From the NCBI GenBank assembly GCA_017881245.1, contig JADGRC010000073.1:2500-66499 (forward strand): DNA of 64,000 nt. Reading direction: 5' to 3'. This stretch comes from Pseudomonadota bacterium. GTDB taxonomy: Bacteria; Myxococcota_A; Polyangia; Fen-1088. Below, in pieces: positions 1 through 9,658 of the stretch. The notes beneath the pieces are model-generated. The model worked only from the letters and a program-made list of their open reading frames with translations, had not been told where the DNA came from and made no database searches. Position 1 is the stretch's first letter. Each line of letters starts with the position of its first letter. The position numbers and the translations under genes are program-made.

Positions 1-639
1 ATTCCCGACGACGTTCTGCCGCGCATCTTCGAGCCGTTCTTCACGACGAAGGAGGCTGGACGGGGAACCGGACTTGGTCTCGCGATGGTCGAGGGAATCG
101 TGAGACAAAGCGGCGGCCGGACCAGCGTCGACAGCCGTGTCGGCGTGGGTACCCGATTCAGGGTCCTCTTGCCGCGGGCCCCGGACACCGCCGTGCCGGC
201 ACGTCATGTCGTCGAGAAACCCTTGCCTGCTCGAAATGGATTTGAAACGGTCCTCGTGTGCGACGACGACGACACGGTGCGAGAGCTGTTGACCGGCATC
301 CTGACCCTTCGTGGGTACTCCATCCTGAAGGCGACCAACGGGCGCCAGGCGCTCGATGTGGCTCGGGAATATAGGGGCAAGATTCATCTTTTGTTGACGG
401 ACCTGGCCATGCCGGGCGTCGGCGGAATCGAGCTGGCTGCCGAGTTACGCAGGCGCGATCCGGAGCTGAAGGTTCTCTACATCTCGGGTTACTCGGAGGA
501 TGCCGATCGGGTGTCGATGTCACTTGGCCCACGGACGTACTTCGTCGCCAAGCCTTTCTTGCCCGGGGATCTCACGCGAGCCGTTTCAGCGATTCTCGAG
601 GGACGCCCGTCAGCCGAGGCGCGCCCGCAGTCGTCCTGA
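1..639 (+). CDS. Hybrid sensor histidine kinase/response regulator, C-terminal part (HATPase_c + REC), truncated by window edge
   Basis: Frame open from base 1: [19 protein letters not shown] (F/G2 boxes), then receiver domain VLVCDDD...LLTDLAMP...KPF. Confidence 0.9.
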   Translation: MPDDVLPRIFEPFFTTKEAGRGTGLGLAMVEGIVRQSGGRTSVDSRVGVGTRFRVLLPRAPDTAVPARHVVEKPLPARNGFETVLVCDDDDTVRELLTGILTLRGYSILKATNGRQALDVAREYRGKIHLLLTDLAMPGVGGIELAAELRRRDPELKVLYISGYSEDADRVSMSLGPRTYFVAKPFLPGDLTRAVSAILEGRPSAEARPQSS

Positions 640-714
640 GGTTCTCCTGGCAAATCGACCTTCGTGCAACATTCGGCCGGCCGCAAATCCACCGCCGTCG
701 CATGCGGGGAATTG

Positions 715-2661
715 TCACGGAGCCCCGGCCGTCGTCAAAGTGACTTCGGAAATCACCACCTCCAGGAATCCGTCGGCACCAGCGGGACGATCAAGGTGGG
801 CACCGATTCGCAGGGGTCCGCGCGTCTGTTCTATCGAACCACGTACTGCGATTGCGTGGGAGTCGACCGACACGCCCCCAATCGTGACGCTGGCTCCGCC
901 GGGCTCGGCGCCACGCCAGCCAAGCGACGCTTCCATTTGAAACGATCCCCGCGCGGACTTGATGTCGGGCAAGATGATCTCGGCGTCAACCCGGCCCTGC
1001 CCGGGTCCGATCCGCAGCACGGCGCCGGGCGGCGCTCCCCACACCGGTGATGGACCGCCCACCGACGTTCCCCCCCGCCACAGAGCCAACTCGGGGCGTC
1101 CGTCGACCTGCCACACCGTGGCTGCCCAGCGGTGTCGGGTCCTTAGCGCCGCGCCCCCACGACCGAGCGCCAGTGACCCGACGATCACGAATGCGACCGT
1201 GGCCGCGGTGGCGGCAAGCCCGCGAGGCGCGTCCGCGTCCGGAGCCTCGTCCCGCCCCGACGGCGGCCCCACCACGCTCGCGATGCGCGACCGGCGCGCG
1301 GCGATCCGCCACCACCGCTGGGCGACCAGGACAGCAGCGCCACCGAATCGCCACGCACCGAACCCCGCGATCGGAAATAGCAGCACCTCCGTCGTCACGC
1401 GGTAGCGCGGCTCGGCGACGAACAACGCGTAGGTCACCGCCAACGTCAACGCGAAAGGCAGTGGCACGAGGACGCTCCAACGCCGGTCGACCACCGCGAA
1501 GGCCAGGCCCGCGCATAGACAGAAGACGAACAGCAGGTAGTACCAATCCGCCAGCGCCGTGATCACGGGACGATGCTGGTTGAACCACGCGGCCGTCGCG
1601 GGCGGCACGACACCGGGTCGATAGACCGACCAGTAAAGCAACCCGCGCTCTGGCGCGAACAAGCGTTCGATGCGCAGCGCGACCATGGCGCACGTCCACG
1701 CTGGATCGAATTTCATGAATTGCACGGCCAACCGATACGCGACGCGATCGGTCTCGCGGTGTGGCTCCGTTAGAAAAGTCCGACCCGTCAACCGAAGGAA
1801 CATCGCTCCGAGCGAGCGCGAATACGTCCCCTCCGTGTTGGGATCGTTTCCCATGAGAGCCGTGATGCCACCGTGGCTGTCGGTCAGGTAAAATTCGCCG
1901 CTCTGGCGACGGTTCCGCAATCCCCAGGGCAACAACAGCAAGACGGTGAGCGACATCGCCAGCGCCGTCCGACCGATGGTCGCTCGCAGTCCCACCCGTC
2001 GAACCCACCAATACGTCGCCGACAGGATCGCGAGAGGCAACGCCACGGCGCGAAAATACGCAGCGACGCCCATCGCCGCGCCGAATGCCGCCGACGCCAG
2101 CAGGGGTCGCGTATCCCCCCACGAGCAGAGCAGCGATAACGCCAGAAGGATGATCGCCGCCGTCGGAATATCGGTGCCGATGACGCTGGATAGGGCGATC
2201 CCAGCCGGCCAAAGCGCGTACCCCAACCCGGCCACCAGGGCGGCGCCCCCGGAGGACCGCGCCACGCCGGTAAGGTCCGGCTGCACGGGCAGCCCCGGTC
2301 GTCCCGGTTGCTCCGACAGCCCGGCTTGCCCAGGTTGCGAGCGCTGCCCGTTAACCAACAGCCTTGACGCGACGATATATAGGGGCCAGGCCGCGAGGCC
2401 CCCAAACAAAACTCCTAGCATTTTCGCCGCCAGGACTTCTCCACCAAGAGCGTGAAGCACGGCCAACAGCCAAATCAGCCCGGGCATGTAGACGAAGCCG
2501 GCGTCCAGATGGCCGAACTCCGCCAGATAGATCGCCGATTCACGGTACGTCGCGAAATCCCCGACCGGGATCGTGGGAACCGCCAACGTCCAGGCAAGCC
2601 GGACGGTCGTTGCAATCAGTGCGAGCATCAGGCCGATGCGCCATCGGCCCCCGTGACTCAT
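715..2661 (-). CDS. Multi-pass membrane protein, GT-C/ArnT-like glycosyltransferase candidate
   Basis: Many TM segments; GDFATY, LLLLPWGLRN and EPRYR motifs typical of PMT/ArnT-like proteins; overlaps bcp stop. Confidence 0.6.
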   Translation of the reverse strand: MSHGGRWRIGLMLALIATTVRLAWTLAVPTIPVGDFATYRESAIYLAEFGHLDAGFVYMPGLIWLLAVLHALGGEVLAAKMLGVLFGGLAAWPLYIVASRLLVNGQRSQPGQAGLSEQPGRPGLPVQPDLTGVARSSGGAALVAGLGYALWPAGIALSSVIGTDIPTAAIILLALSLLCSWGDTRPLLASAAFGAAMGVAAYFRAVALPLAILSATYWWVRRVGLRATIGRTALAMSLTVLLLLPWGLRNRRQSGEFYLTDSHGGITALMGNDPNTEGTYSRSLGAMFLRLTGRTFLTEPHRETDRVAYRLAVQFMKFDPAWTCAMVALRIERLFAPERGLLYWSVYRPGVVPPATAAWFNQHRPVITALADWYYLLFVFCLCAGLAFAVVDRRWSVLVPLPFALTLAVTYALFVAEPRYRVTTEVLLFPIAGFGAWRFGGAAVLVAQRWWRIAARRSRIASVVGPPSGRDEAPDADAPRGLAATAATVAFVIVGSLALGRGGAALRTRHRWAATVWQVDGRPELALWRGGTSVGGPSPVWGAPPGAVLRIGPGQGRVDAEIILPDIKSARGSFQMEASLGWRGAEPGGASVTIGGVSVDSHAIAVRGSIEQTRGPLRIGAHLDRPAGADGFLEVVISEVTLTTAGAP

Positions 2662-3185
2662 CCGGCGGCGGCCCGCAGCGCGGCAAGCTCCTCGCGAACG
2701 GCATCCGCATGACCGGCCGATTTAACCCGCGGCCAGTGACGCGCGATCTTACCCATCGGGTTGATGATGACCGTCGACCGGATGACACCAAGAAACTTAC
2801 GACCGTAGAGCGTCTTTTCGCCCCAAGCTCCGTACGCCTGCATCACGGAGTGATCGGGATCCGACAACAGAGCCAGCTTCAGCTTGTGCTTGGCGATGAA
2901 CTTCCTGTGACTCTCCGGCGAGTCCGGACTGCAGCCGAGAACCACGGCGTCAAATCTTTCGAACTGCTTGATCCCGGCGGTGAACTCGCAAGCCTCCGTG
3001 GTGCAACCGGGCGTGTCGTCCTTGGGATAAAAATAGAGCACCACCCAGTGCCCTTTCAGGGCCGAGAGCTTGACGGTCGTATCGTCGTCTCGCTTCAGCG
3101 AAAAGGCCGGCGCGGTCTTTCCGACGACCAGTTGGGGTTGACCCGAATCGCCGCCTGAAGGTTCGCGTACCATGGGCAAGCTCAT
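2658..3185 (-). CDS. bcp: Peroxiredoxin Bcp/PrxQ
   Basis: VVLYFYPKDDTPGCTTEAC motif; start uncertain. Confidence 0.92.
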   Translation of the reverse strand: MSLPMVREPSGGDSGQPQLVVGKTAPAFSLKRDDDTTVKLSALKGHWVVLYFYPKDDTPGCTTEACEFTAGIKQFERFDAVVLGCSPDSPESHRKFIAKHKLKLALLSDPDHSVMQAYGAWGEKTLYGRKFLGVIRSTVIINPMGKIARHWPRVKSAGHADAVREELAALRAAAG

Positions 3186-3320
3186 ACCACTCGGCCCACG
3201 ACGATCAAGCCCGCGGCTCGACCGCGGTTCGACCATGGGAACGCGCGCAATACGACTTACGGTAGTGTTACCGCGCGCCCGAGCAGGGGTGCGTCAAGAG
3301 ATGCAACTGTCCATAGGAGT

Positions 3321-4502
3321 TTGTCACCAATGAGGCGCCTTGTATTTGTTCTCTTCGTTGCTCTGCCCGCGGCCACGGGAATCACCCTGTCGTGCGTTCC
3401 CGCCGACCCAGCGTCGAGGGGCGGCGATGCGAGCGTGACGACGGGCGGCCCTGACGCGAGGCAAGGCAGCGGGGGTAACGGAACTGGATTGGGTGCCTTG
3501 TCAACGATGGGAGGCGGCGACGGCCTAGGCAGCGGAGGTGATGTGTCGAGCGGCGGGGTTACCGGAATGGGTGGTGGGACCGTGGCCGGAACCGGTGGAG
3601 CCGCGGCTGGAGGAAGCGACGGACAAGGCACGGGTGGTGGCACCGCGGCGGGTGGGCGAGCAAGCGGTGGAAATGGTGGCGGGACCGGTACCGGGGGACG
3701 GGGCACGGGCGGCGCCGGCGGGGGCAACGCCAGCGGTGGGAGAGGTGCCGGCGGTGCCAACACGGGCGGCAGCGCGACCGGCGGAGCGAATACGGGAGGC
3801 GCCGGCCCGACCGCCTGCAACCTGACGAATCACAGCGGAAACGGATCGTTCACCTACTACTGGTTTGGCCAGGGAACCGCGCGCGAGGGCAGCGGATACC
3901 GCACCGCCTGCGGCTACTACGGGACCGAGAACGGCCAGACCGACACGGTCCAAAACATCTCGAGCACCGGTACGGCGAACGCGACATATTTCGCCGCCGT
4001 TCCGGGAACGAGTGGATTCAACTCGTCGGCGCATTGTGGCGCGTGCGTGCAGATCACAGGACAGAACGGCAAGATGATCATCGCCACCATCGCCGACGAG
4101 TGCCCGTACGGCAGCGATGGCGGCAATTCGGTTTGCGCGAACAATCCGAACGGCCACCTGGATCTCAGCAAGGCGGCGTTCGACCAACTTGGTTACTCGG
4201 TTGGCAATCCGAGCGGTACGAATTGGAAGTACATCCCGTGCCCCATATCGGGAAATGTGATCGTTCGCCTGAAGACCGGGAATCCCAACGAGTTATTCGT
4301 GGAGAACTCCATCCTGGCCATCACCGGCGTGCAGGGCGCATCGCGCACGTCCTACGGCACATGGCACTTCGGCGCCAACCTGGCCTCGGGGCAGTCGATA
4401 ACTCTGACCGACGCCGCCGGGCGAACGCTGACCGTTCAACTGTCGAACACATCCCAGAACGTCAATCAGGACACCGGTAAACAGTTCCCAGCCTGCCAGT
4501 AG
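3321..4502 (+). CDS. Expansin-like lipoprotein (Gly-rich linker + DPBB domain + CBM63-like C-terminus)
   Basis: Signal ending TLSC; Gly/Thr linker; TACG, CGAC, IADECP, HLDLS motifs. Confidence 0.8.
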   Translation: MSPMRRLVFVLFVALPAATGITLSCVPADPASRGGDASVTTGGPDARQGSGGNGTGLGALSTMGGGDGLGSGGDVSSGGVTGMGGGTVAGTGGAAAGGSDGQGTGGGTAAGGRASGGNGGGTGTGGRGTGGAGGGNASGGRGAGGANTGGSATGGANTGGAGPTACNLTNHSGNGSFTYYWFGQGTAREGSGYRTACGYYGTENGQTDTVQNISSTGTANATYFAAVPGTSGFNSSAHCGACVQITGQNGKMIIATIADECPYGSDGGNSVCANNPNGHLDLSKAAFDQLGYSVGNPSGTNWKYIPCPISGNVIVRLKTGNPNELFVENSILAITGVQGASRTSYGTWHFGANLASGQSITLTDAAGRTLTVQLSNTSQNVNQDTGKQFPACQ

Positions 4503-4522
4503 TACGGCAGACTCCGGACATC

Positions 4523-5821
4523 TTGACCGTTGACGCCGGCGCGCCCGAAGAGACCGGCGCAGCACATCAGACGCTTGGAGATGCTTCCCACCCGCCCCGT
4601 TTCTGGCGGTCGGCCGTTGTCATCGCGACCGGGATCTTCGTCACGGGGCTTGGCTGGCCCGGGTTGATTGGTCGGCTGCCGTTTGGCCTGTTGTTGAAAA
4701 ACACCCTGAGCCTTCCCCCCGAGAAGGTCGCAGCGTTCTGGGCGGTGGCCACGCTCGCTTGGTACCTGAAGCCCTTGGTGGGACTGGTATGCGACAGCAT
4801 TCCGCTCTTCGGCACGCGCCGACGCGGGTATCTGATCGTCGGGGGGATCGCCGCAGTGATTGGTTGGGCGGCGTTCGCTGTCATCCCCCGGGCCTACGTG
4901 CCGTTTCTAATACTCATGACCGGACTCAATGTCGCGCTGGTCGTCATCAGCACGACCGTCGGCGGCATGCTGGTGGAGGAGGGGCAACGCCTGGGCGCGA
5001 CGGGACGCTTGAGCGCCATGCGTACCGGCCTCGAAGGTGTTATGTCGCTGGCGGCCGGGCCGCTCGGCGGGCTCCTGGCGGCGGCGCCGTTCGCGTGGAC
5101 GAGTGGCAGCGGCGCGCTGGTCGTCGGCCTCGTCGTTCCGGTCACGTTGAGCCTGCATCGGGAACCGCGACGGGCCGTCAAGGACGTCGCGGTCTGGGCC
5201 GCGGCGGGAAAGCAGCTTCGCAGCATCGTGCGATCGAGGCCGATGTGGATGACGTCCATATTGTTGTTCCTCGTCTACCTGGCCCCGGGCCTTCAGACGC
5301 CGCTCCTTTTCTACCAACAAGATGTCTTGAAGCTGGACGTGCGATACATGGGCATCTTGCAGTTCGCCGGTGGCGCGGGCGTCCTCGGGGGCTCGGCGGT
5401 GTACTTGTGGCTTTGCCGTCGATTGCCACTCAGGCTGACCCTCATTGGCGGCATTCTGGTGAACGCGGCATCGGCGCTGCTTTACCTCGCCTACCGGTCT
5501 TCGACCGCGGCCCTCGTCATCGAAACCACGGTCGGCTTCGTCGGGGTGATGGGCACCCTTCCCCTGTACGATCTCGCGGTTCGCGCAACGCCCCGGGGCA
5601 GTGAGAGCTTCGGCTACGCGCTGATGATGAGCGTCCGCAACATCGCCGTATTTGGCGTTTCCGACGTCGTCGGCTCGCTGCTGTACGGGCGGTTTCACCT
5701 GGGGTTCGACAAGTTGGTCTGGATCAATGCCGGGTCCAGCGCCGCCGTGCTGCTGTTCGTGCCATTTCTGCCGGTTGCCTTGCTCGCATCGCGGGAGGGC
5801 AAGGTCCAGCCAGAAACCTAA
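4523..5821 (+). CDS. MFS transporter, BT1 folate/biopterin-like
   Basis: WYLKPLVGLVCDSIPLFGTRRRGY signature; about 12 TM helices. Confidence 0.8.
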   Translation: MTVDAGAPEETGAAHQTLGDASHPPRFWRSAVVIATGIFVTGLGWPGLIGRLPFGLLLKNTLSLPPEKVAAFWAVATLAWYLKPLVGLVCDSIPLFGTRRRGYLIVGGIAAVIGWAAFAVIPRAYVPFLILMTGLNVALVVISTTVGGMLVEEGQRLGATGRLSAMRTGLEGVMSLAAGPLGGLLAAAPFAWTSGSGALVVGLVVPVTLSLHREPRRAVKDVAVWAAAGKQLRSIVRSRPMWMTSILLFLVYLAPGLQTPLLFYQQDVLKLDVRYMGILQFAGGAGVLGGSAVYLWLCRRLPLRLTLIGGILVNAASALLYLAYRSSTAALVIETTVGFVGVMGTLPLYDLAVRATPRGSESFGYALMMSVRNIAVFGVSDVVGSLLYGRFHLGFDKLVWINAGSSAAVLLFVPFLPVALLASREGKVQPET

Positions 5822-5956
5822 ATCAGGCCTGCGTGAGGCGCGACCGGGCCAAGATCACGACCTCGCAAACCGTACCGAGCTTTTTTCTTCCCAAGCAGGG
5901 AGGTTCGGCCTATGCTGCGCGCCCCGTTCGAACCACACAACAAAGGGAGAAATCAC

Positions 5957-6148
5957 ATGAAACTTGTTCGCACCGTATTCATCGCCATGGCCGTTCTGCT
6001 CCCCGTCTCCTGGACCGTTGCCAAGGCAGCGGATCCGGCTCCGGCCGCAGAGACCGACAAGAAGGACAAGAAGAGCAAGACCGAGAAGACGGAAAAGTCG
6101 GAAAAGACCACGAAGACAGAGAAGACCGAGAAGACGGAAAAAAAGTAG
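5957..6148 (+). CDS. Small secreted Lys/Glu/Thr-rich protein (63 aa)
   Basis: GGGAGA RBS, signal peptide ending AKA, KTE repeats, followed by a terminator. Confidence 0.8.
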   Translation: MKLVRTVFIAMAVLLPVSWTVAKAADPAPAAETDKKDKKSKTEKTEKSEKTTKTEKTEKTEKK

Positions 6149-6190
6149 TTTCACGTCATTCGCGTCTGCACCTCGTCGAGGTGATTTCCG

Positions 6191-6230
6191 ACCCCGCGGC
6201 GCCCACAAGGGCCGTGGGGTTTGTTATTTT
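6191..6230 (+). terminator. Intrinsic terminator
   Basis: ACCCCGCGGC...GCCGTGGGGT stem followed by TTGTTATTTT. Confidence 0.7.
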
Positions 6231-6261
6231 CGGCAACGCCGTCCAGTCTTGGGGAAAGCCC

Positions 6262-6750
6262 ATGCCCGTACGCAAGTCGCCCACTCAAAACGATTCCGAC
6301 CTCGCCGACGCGGCGTTCGTGTGCGATCTGGTCAAGGTGCGGGACCTTCTGGCCGCCGGCGCCGATCCGGACGTGCGGGACGACGACGGGCGTACCCCCC
6401 TGTTCTCGGCGGTGCTTGGCGGAAGCATCGGACTTGTCGGCCTGCTGCTAGAAGCAAAGGCCGACATCAACGCCCGTGACGGTCAGGGTTTCTCGGCGCT
6501 GCACTTCGCCGCGCAAGAGGACCTGCCCGAGATGGCACGCTTGCTGATATCCAAGGGCGCCGATGTGAACGCCGTCGACGAGGACGGCGCGTCGGTCCTG
6601 TGGCGCGCGATCTTCTCGTGGCGAAATCGTCCCGACATGATCCAGATCTTGATGGCGGCCGGCGCCAAGCCGGATGTGGCCAACAAGGCGGGCGAAAGCG
6701 CCCGCGATCTGGCGACCCGCCTGGGCATCGGCGCCTTCACGGCGAACTAA
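6262..6750 (+). CDS. Ankyrin repeat protein
   Basis: GRTPLFSA, GFSALHFAA, GADVNA repeats; start set at ATG 6262 downstream of the terminator. Confidence 0.88.
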   Translation: MPVRKSPTQNDSDLADAAFVCDLVKVRDLLAAGADPDVRDDDGRTPLFSAVLGGSIGLVGLLLEAKADINARDGQGFSALHFAAQEDLPEMARLLISKGADVNAVDEDGASVLWRAIFSWRNRPDMIQILMAAGAKPDVANKAGESARDLATRLGIGAFTAN

Positions 6751-6752
6751 GA

Positions 6753-6792
6753 GCGGCTTCGCCGCCGCAAGGGGCCTGGGAAGGCCCCCTGC
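6753..6792. repeat. Paired short palindromes (REP-like hairpins)
   Basis: GCGGC-TTC-GCCGC followed by GGGGCC-TGGGAA-GGCCCC. Confidence 0.4.
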
Positions 6793-7012
6793 GAGACCCC
6801 CTCGGAGTTGCTTGACGGCGAAGCCGGTCCAGCAAGCTGGACCTCCCCGTCCTTGGATCGGCCACTCTCTCGTCGGAGGTGAAACTTTGCCTCATTCGTC
6901 AACATTCGATCGAGTAACGCATCCGGCGCGGCAATCACGCGCACTGTTCTGCTGCGGCGACAATCGAGCTGCGTGATCGCGGCGCTAGCCAGAACCCTGG
7001 GCCGCGACGGCG

Positions 7013-7711
7013 CTATTTGGCGGGCGCCTGCTGTTGTTGCTGCTGCTGCTGAAGTTTTTCATTGGCCGCGATCTGGACCTCGACCCGGCGGTTCTGTTTG
7101 CGCCCGTCCGCCGTGCTGTTGTCGGCAACCGGACGATCGTCCGCGTATCCACGGCCGACCATGCGTTGAGCGGCAACGCCATCCGTTCCCAGATTGGCGA
7201 TGACGGCCTCGGCGCGCTGGACCGACAGCTTCTGATTGGTCGCCTTCTTTCCCGTATTGTCGGTGTGGCCTTCAATCACCAGATCCGTGTCCGGATACTT
7301 CTTCAAAACCTGGGCAAACTGCGCGAGGTCGGTCTTCGACTGGGGTTTCAGCTCGGCCTTGTTCTTGTCGAATAGGATCGCGGAATTGAATCTGACGACC
7401 AGCTTGTCGCCCTGTCGATCGATGTTCGCTCCCTTGACCTTCTTCAGATCGGCTTCTTGCTTGTCCATGTAACGACCAATCAGCGCCCCCGACCCTGCCC
7501 CCACACCCGCGCCAATCGCACCACCAATCAATGCCCCCTTGCCACCCCCAGCCAGGGCTCCCAATCCCGCGCCCAGCAACGCGCCGCCGCCCCCTCCTAT
7601 CGCGGCACCCTTCCCTTGGTTCGTCGCGCAGGCCGCTCCCGCCAGGAAGGCCGCGCACAGAACGGCTGCGGCCGCTCGATTTCCGATTCGGTTCACACTG
7701 CCATCGGTCAT
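7013..7711 (-). CDS. OmpA-family lipoprotein with glycine zipper (YiaD-like)
   Basis: GAAC lipobox, Gly zipper, IEGHTDNTG...NQKLSVQRA...NRRVE. Confidence 0.92.
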   Translation of the reverse strand: MTDGSVNRIGNRAAAAVLCAAFLAGAACATNQGKGAAIGGGGGALLGAGLGALAGGGKGALIGGAIGAGVGAGSGALIGRYMDKQEADLKKVKGANIDRQGDKLVVRFNSAILFDKNKAELKPQSKTDLAQFAQVLKKYPDTDLVIEGHTDNTGKKATNQKLSVQRAEAVIANLGTDGVAAQRMVGRGYADDRPVADNSTADGRKQNRRVEVQIAANEKLQQQQQQQQAPAK

Positions 7712-7824
7712 GGATTTCGTGCCTCCTTAAAGACATGCGCAATAGTAGCGCGCCGCCGCCCGTTCGGGCCGCCCGCACCACAAGACCGGGCGCGGCGCCG
7801 GCCAAACGGATAAAGTTGGAATAG

Positions 7825-8718
7825 ATGGCTGCAAAGCAAGAGATCCGTACCACCGCCGCCGCCACGCTGCTGGCGGAGGTACCGATCTTCCAGCTACTGG
7901 ATGACGAGGAACGCAGCCTGCTGGCCGCGGATCTGGACTTCGTTCGCTATGGAACGGGGGAAACGATCTTCAGCTACGGTGATCCGGGTGATTCCCTGTA
8001 CGTCATCAAGTCGGGAGAGGTCGAGGTCTTCTTCAAGGACGATACCGGGGAACGCATCGTGATCGAGACCGCCGGGAAAGGAGAGTTCTTCGGTGAGTTG
8101 TCGCTGCTCGACAATGGCCCACGCACCGCCTCGGTCGTCGTCACCCGGGATTTGGAAGCGTTGCGCGTCGACCGACGAGACCTTGACCACCTGTTGAGGC
8201 TGCACCCCGAGGCCGCGCTGGAGCTGTTGACCGCCATGGGGCGCCGCATGCGCATCACGGCCGAGCTGCTGCGGCACACAACGTCGCGAAACGTGAACCA
8301 GGAGATCGCGGACAGCCGTACGTCGATCCAAAAGGCCGCCGACTGGATCGCGTCGTTCAGCGGCAGCATCCCCTTTCTGATGATTCATTGCGTGTTTTTC
8401 CTCAGTTGGATCATCGTGAACATCGACTGGATTCCCGGTATCCCGGTGTTCGACCCCTACCCGTTCGGTCTGTTGACCATGGCGGTATCCCTAGAGGCGA
8501 TCATCCTTTCGGTCTTCGTGTTGTTGAGTCAGAATCGTCAAGTTGCCAAGGACCGCGTTCGCGGCGACATCGAATATGATGTCAACCTGAAAGCGGAACT
8601 GGAAATAGCGCACCTGCACGAAAAGGTGGATCGCCTGACGTCGGAGCTGTTGTCCCGTCTGGACAAGATAGAACAGGCGACACCCGGAGTCGGGGCCCGA
8701 GCAAACGGACAACGGTAA
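7825..8718 (+). CDS. cNMP-binding domain + DUF1003 membrane protein
   Basis: GEFFGELSLL...PRTASV; FDPYPFGLL...LSQNRQ...D. Confidence 0.88.
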   Translation: MAAKQEIRTTAAATLLAEVPIFQLLDDEERSLLAADLDFVRYGTGETIFSYGDPGDSLYVIKSGEVEVFFKDDTGERIVIETAGKGEFFGELSLLDNGPRTASVVVTRDLEALRVDRRDLDHLLRLHPEAALELLTAMGRRMRITAELLRHTTSRNVNQEIADSRTSIQKAADWIASFSGSIPFLMIHCVFFLSWIIVNIDWIPGIPVFDPYPFGLLTMAVSLEAIILSVFVLLSQNRQVAKDRVRGDIEYDVNLKAELEIAHLHEKVDRLTSELLSRLDKIEQATPGVGARANGQR

Positions 8719-8782
8719 CGCCCTAGTTGAAAGCGTATGTGGCCCGTTCAAGGTCGACCGAACTCGTGGAAGTTCGCGGGCG

Positions 8783-9622
8783 TCATCCGGTCGGCAGAAC
8801 CAACCCCAGGATCCGAGCGCCGGCGAACAGATAAACCAGTGCGCCGACCGCTAGGAATGGCCCGAACGGAACCTCCACATGCCGCAAAGACGTCTTCCCC
8901 GCGTGACTCCTCGTCGCGAGCAAAATGGGAAGGCTGATCGCGGTTCCCACCACCGACGCCACGAACACCACGACCGGTAACGCCTTCCAGCCCAGCACCG
9001 CGCCCATCATGGCCAGGAGTTTTCCGTCGCCGAGGCCGAGCCCTTCTCGCTTCAAGACGTAGTAGTAAAAATCGGCGATCAGACGGACGAACAGGTAGCC
9101 CGCCGCCACGCCGATCAGACGCTGTTGCCATGACACGTCGTGCGCGGCGAATGCCGCCAGGAACAGCACCACCGTTCCTGGCAACGTGATGACGTCTGGC
9201 AGCCGTTTGGTGTCAAGGTCGATGAATCCCAGAACGACGAGCGTGCTTGCGAACGTGAAATAGACCGCGAACCGGCCCAGCCGCACGGCGACCAGCTCCC
9301 CGTCGTCGGCCCCCGTGAACTTCCAGAAAATCGCCGCAGCCAGCGCGGCCGTCAGGGCCTCGACGATTGGGTAGCGCGCGGAGATGCGCACACCACACCG
9401 GCGGCAACGACCGCGCAACAGCAGATAGGACAGCACGGGAACGTTGTCCCACGGGCGCACGGGCGCCTGACAAGACATGCAGCGCGATGGCGGCCGAACG
9501 ATGGATTCACCCCGCGGCACGCGCGCGATCACCACATTGAAAAAGCTTCCCCACACAGCCCCCAGGACAGCGGCGCACGCGATCGCCGCTGGCGTCGAAA
9601 GGAAGTCTGCGATCGCGTCCAA
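8783..9622 (-). CDS. pilD: Prepilin peptidase (A24)
   Basis: GSFFNVVIARVP, two CxxC pairs, FIDLD and GLGDGKL catalytic Asp motifs, PFGPFL; TTG start inferred. Confidence 0.92.
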   Translation of the reverse strand: MDAIADFLSTPAAIACAAVLGAVWGSFFNVVIARVPRGESIVRPPSRCMSCQAPVRPWDNVPVLSYLLLRGRCRRCGVRISARYPIVEALTAALAAAIFWKFTGADDGELVAVRLGRFAVYFTFASTLVVLGFIDLDTKRLPDVITLPGTVVLFLAAFAAHDVSWQQRLIGVAAGYLFVRLIADFYYYVLKREGLGLGDGKLLAMMGAVLGWKALPVVVFVASVVGTAISLPILLATRSHAGKTSLRHVEVPFGPFLAVGALVYLFAGARILGLVLPTG

Positions 9623-9658
9623 GCCCGGTCTCCAAGGCAATGTTAAGGTTGCCGTCGG

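Noticed and set aside
5833-6261. Long N-terminal extension of the ankyrin protein
   Set aside because: It overlaps the small secreted gene and its terminator; ATG 6262 is the more plausible start.
7029-7050. CAG/CAA tract (poly-Gln) as a phase-variation site
   Set aside because: Short in-frame triplet run at the protein C-terminus; it cannot shift the frame.
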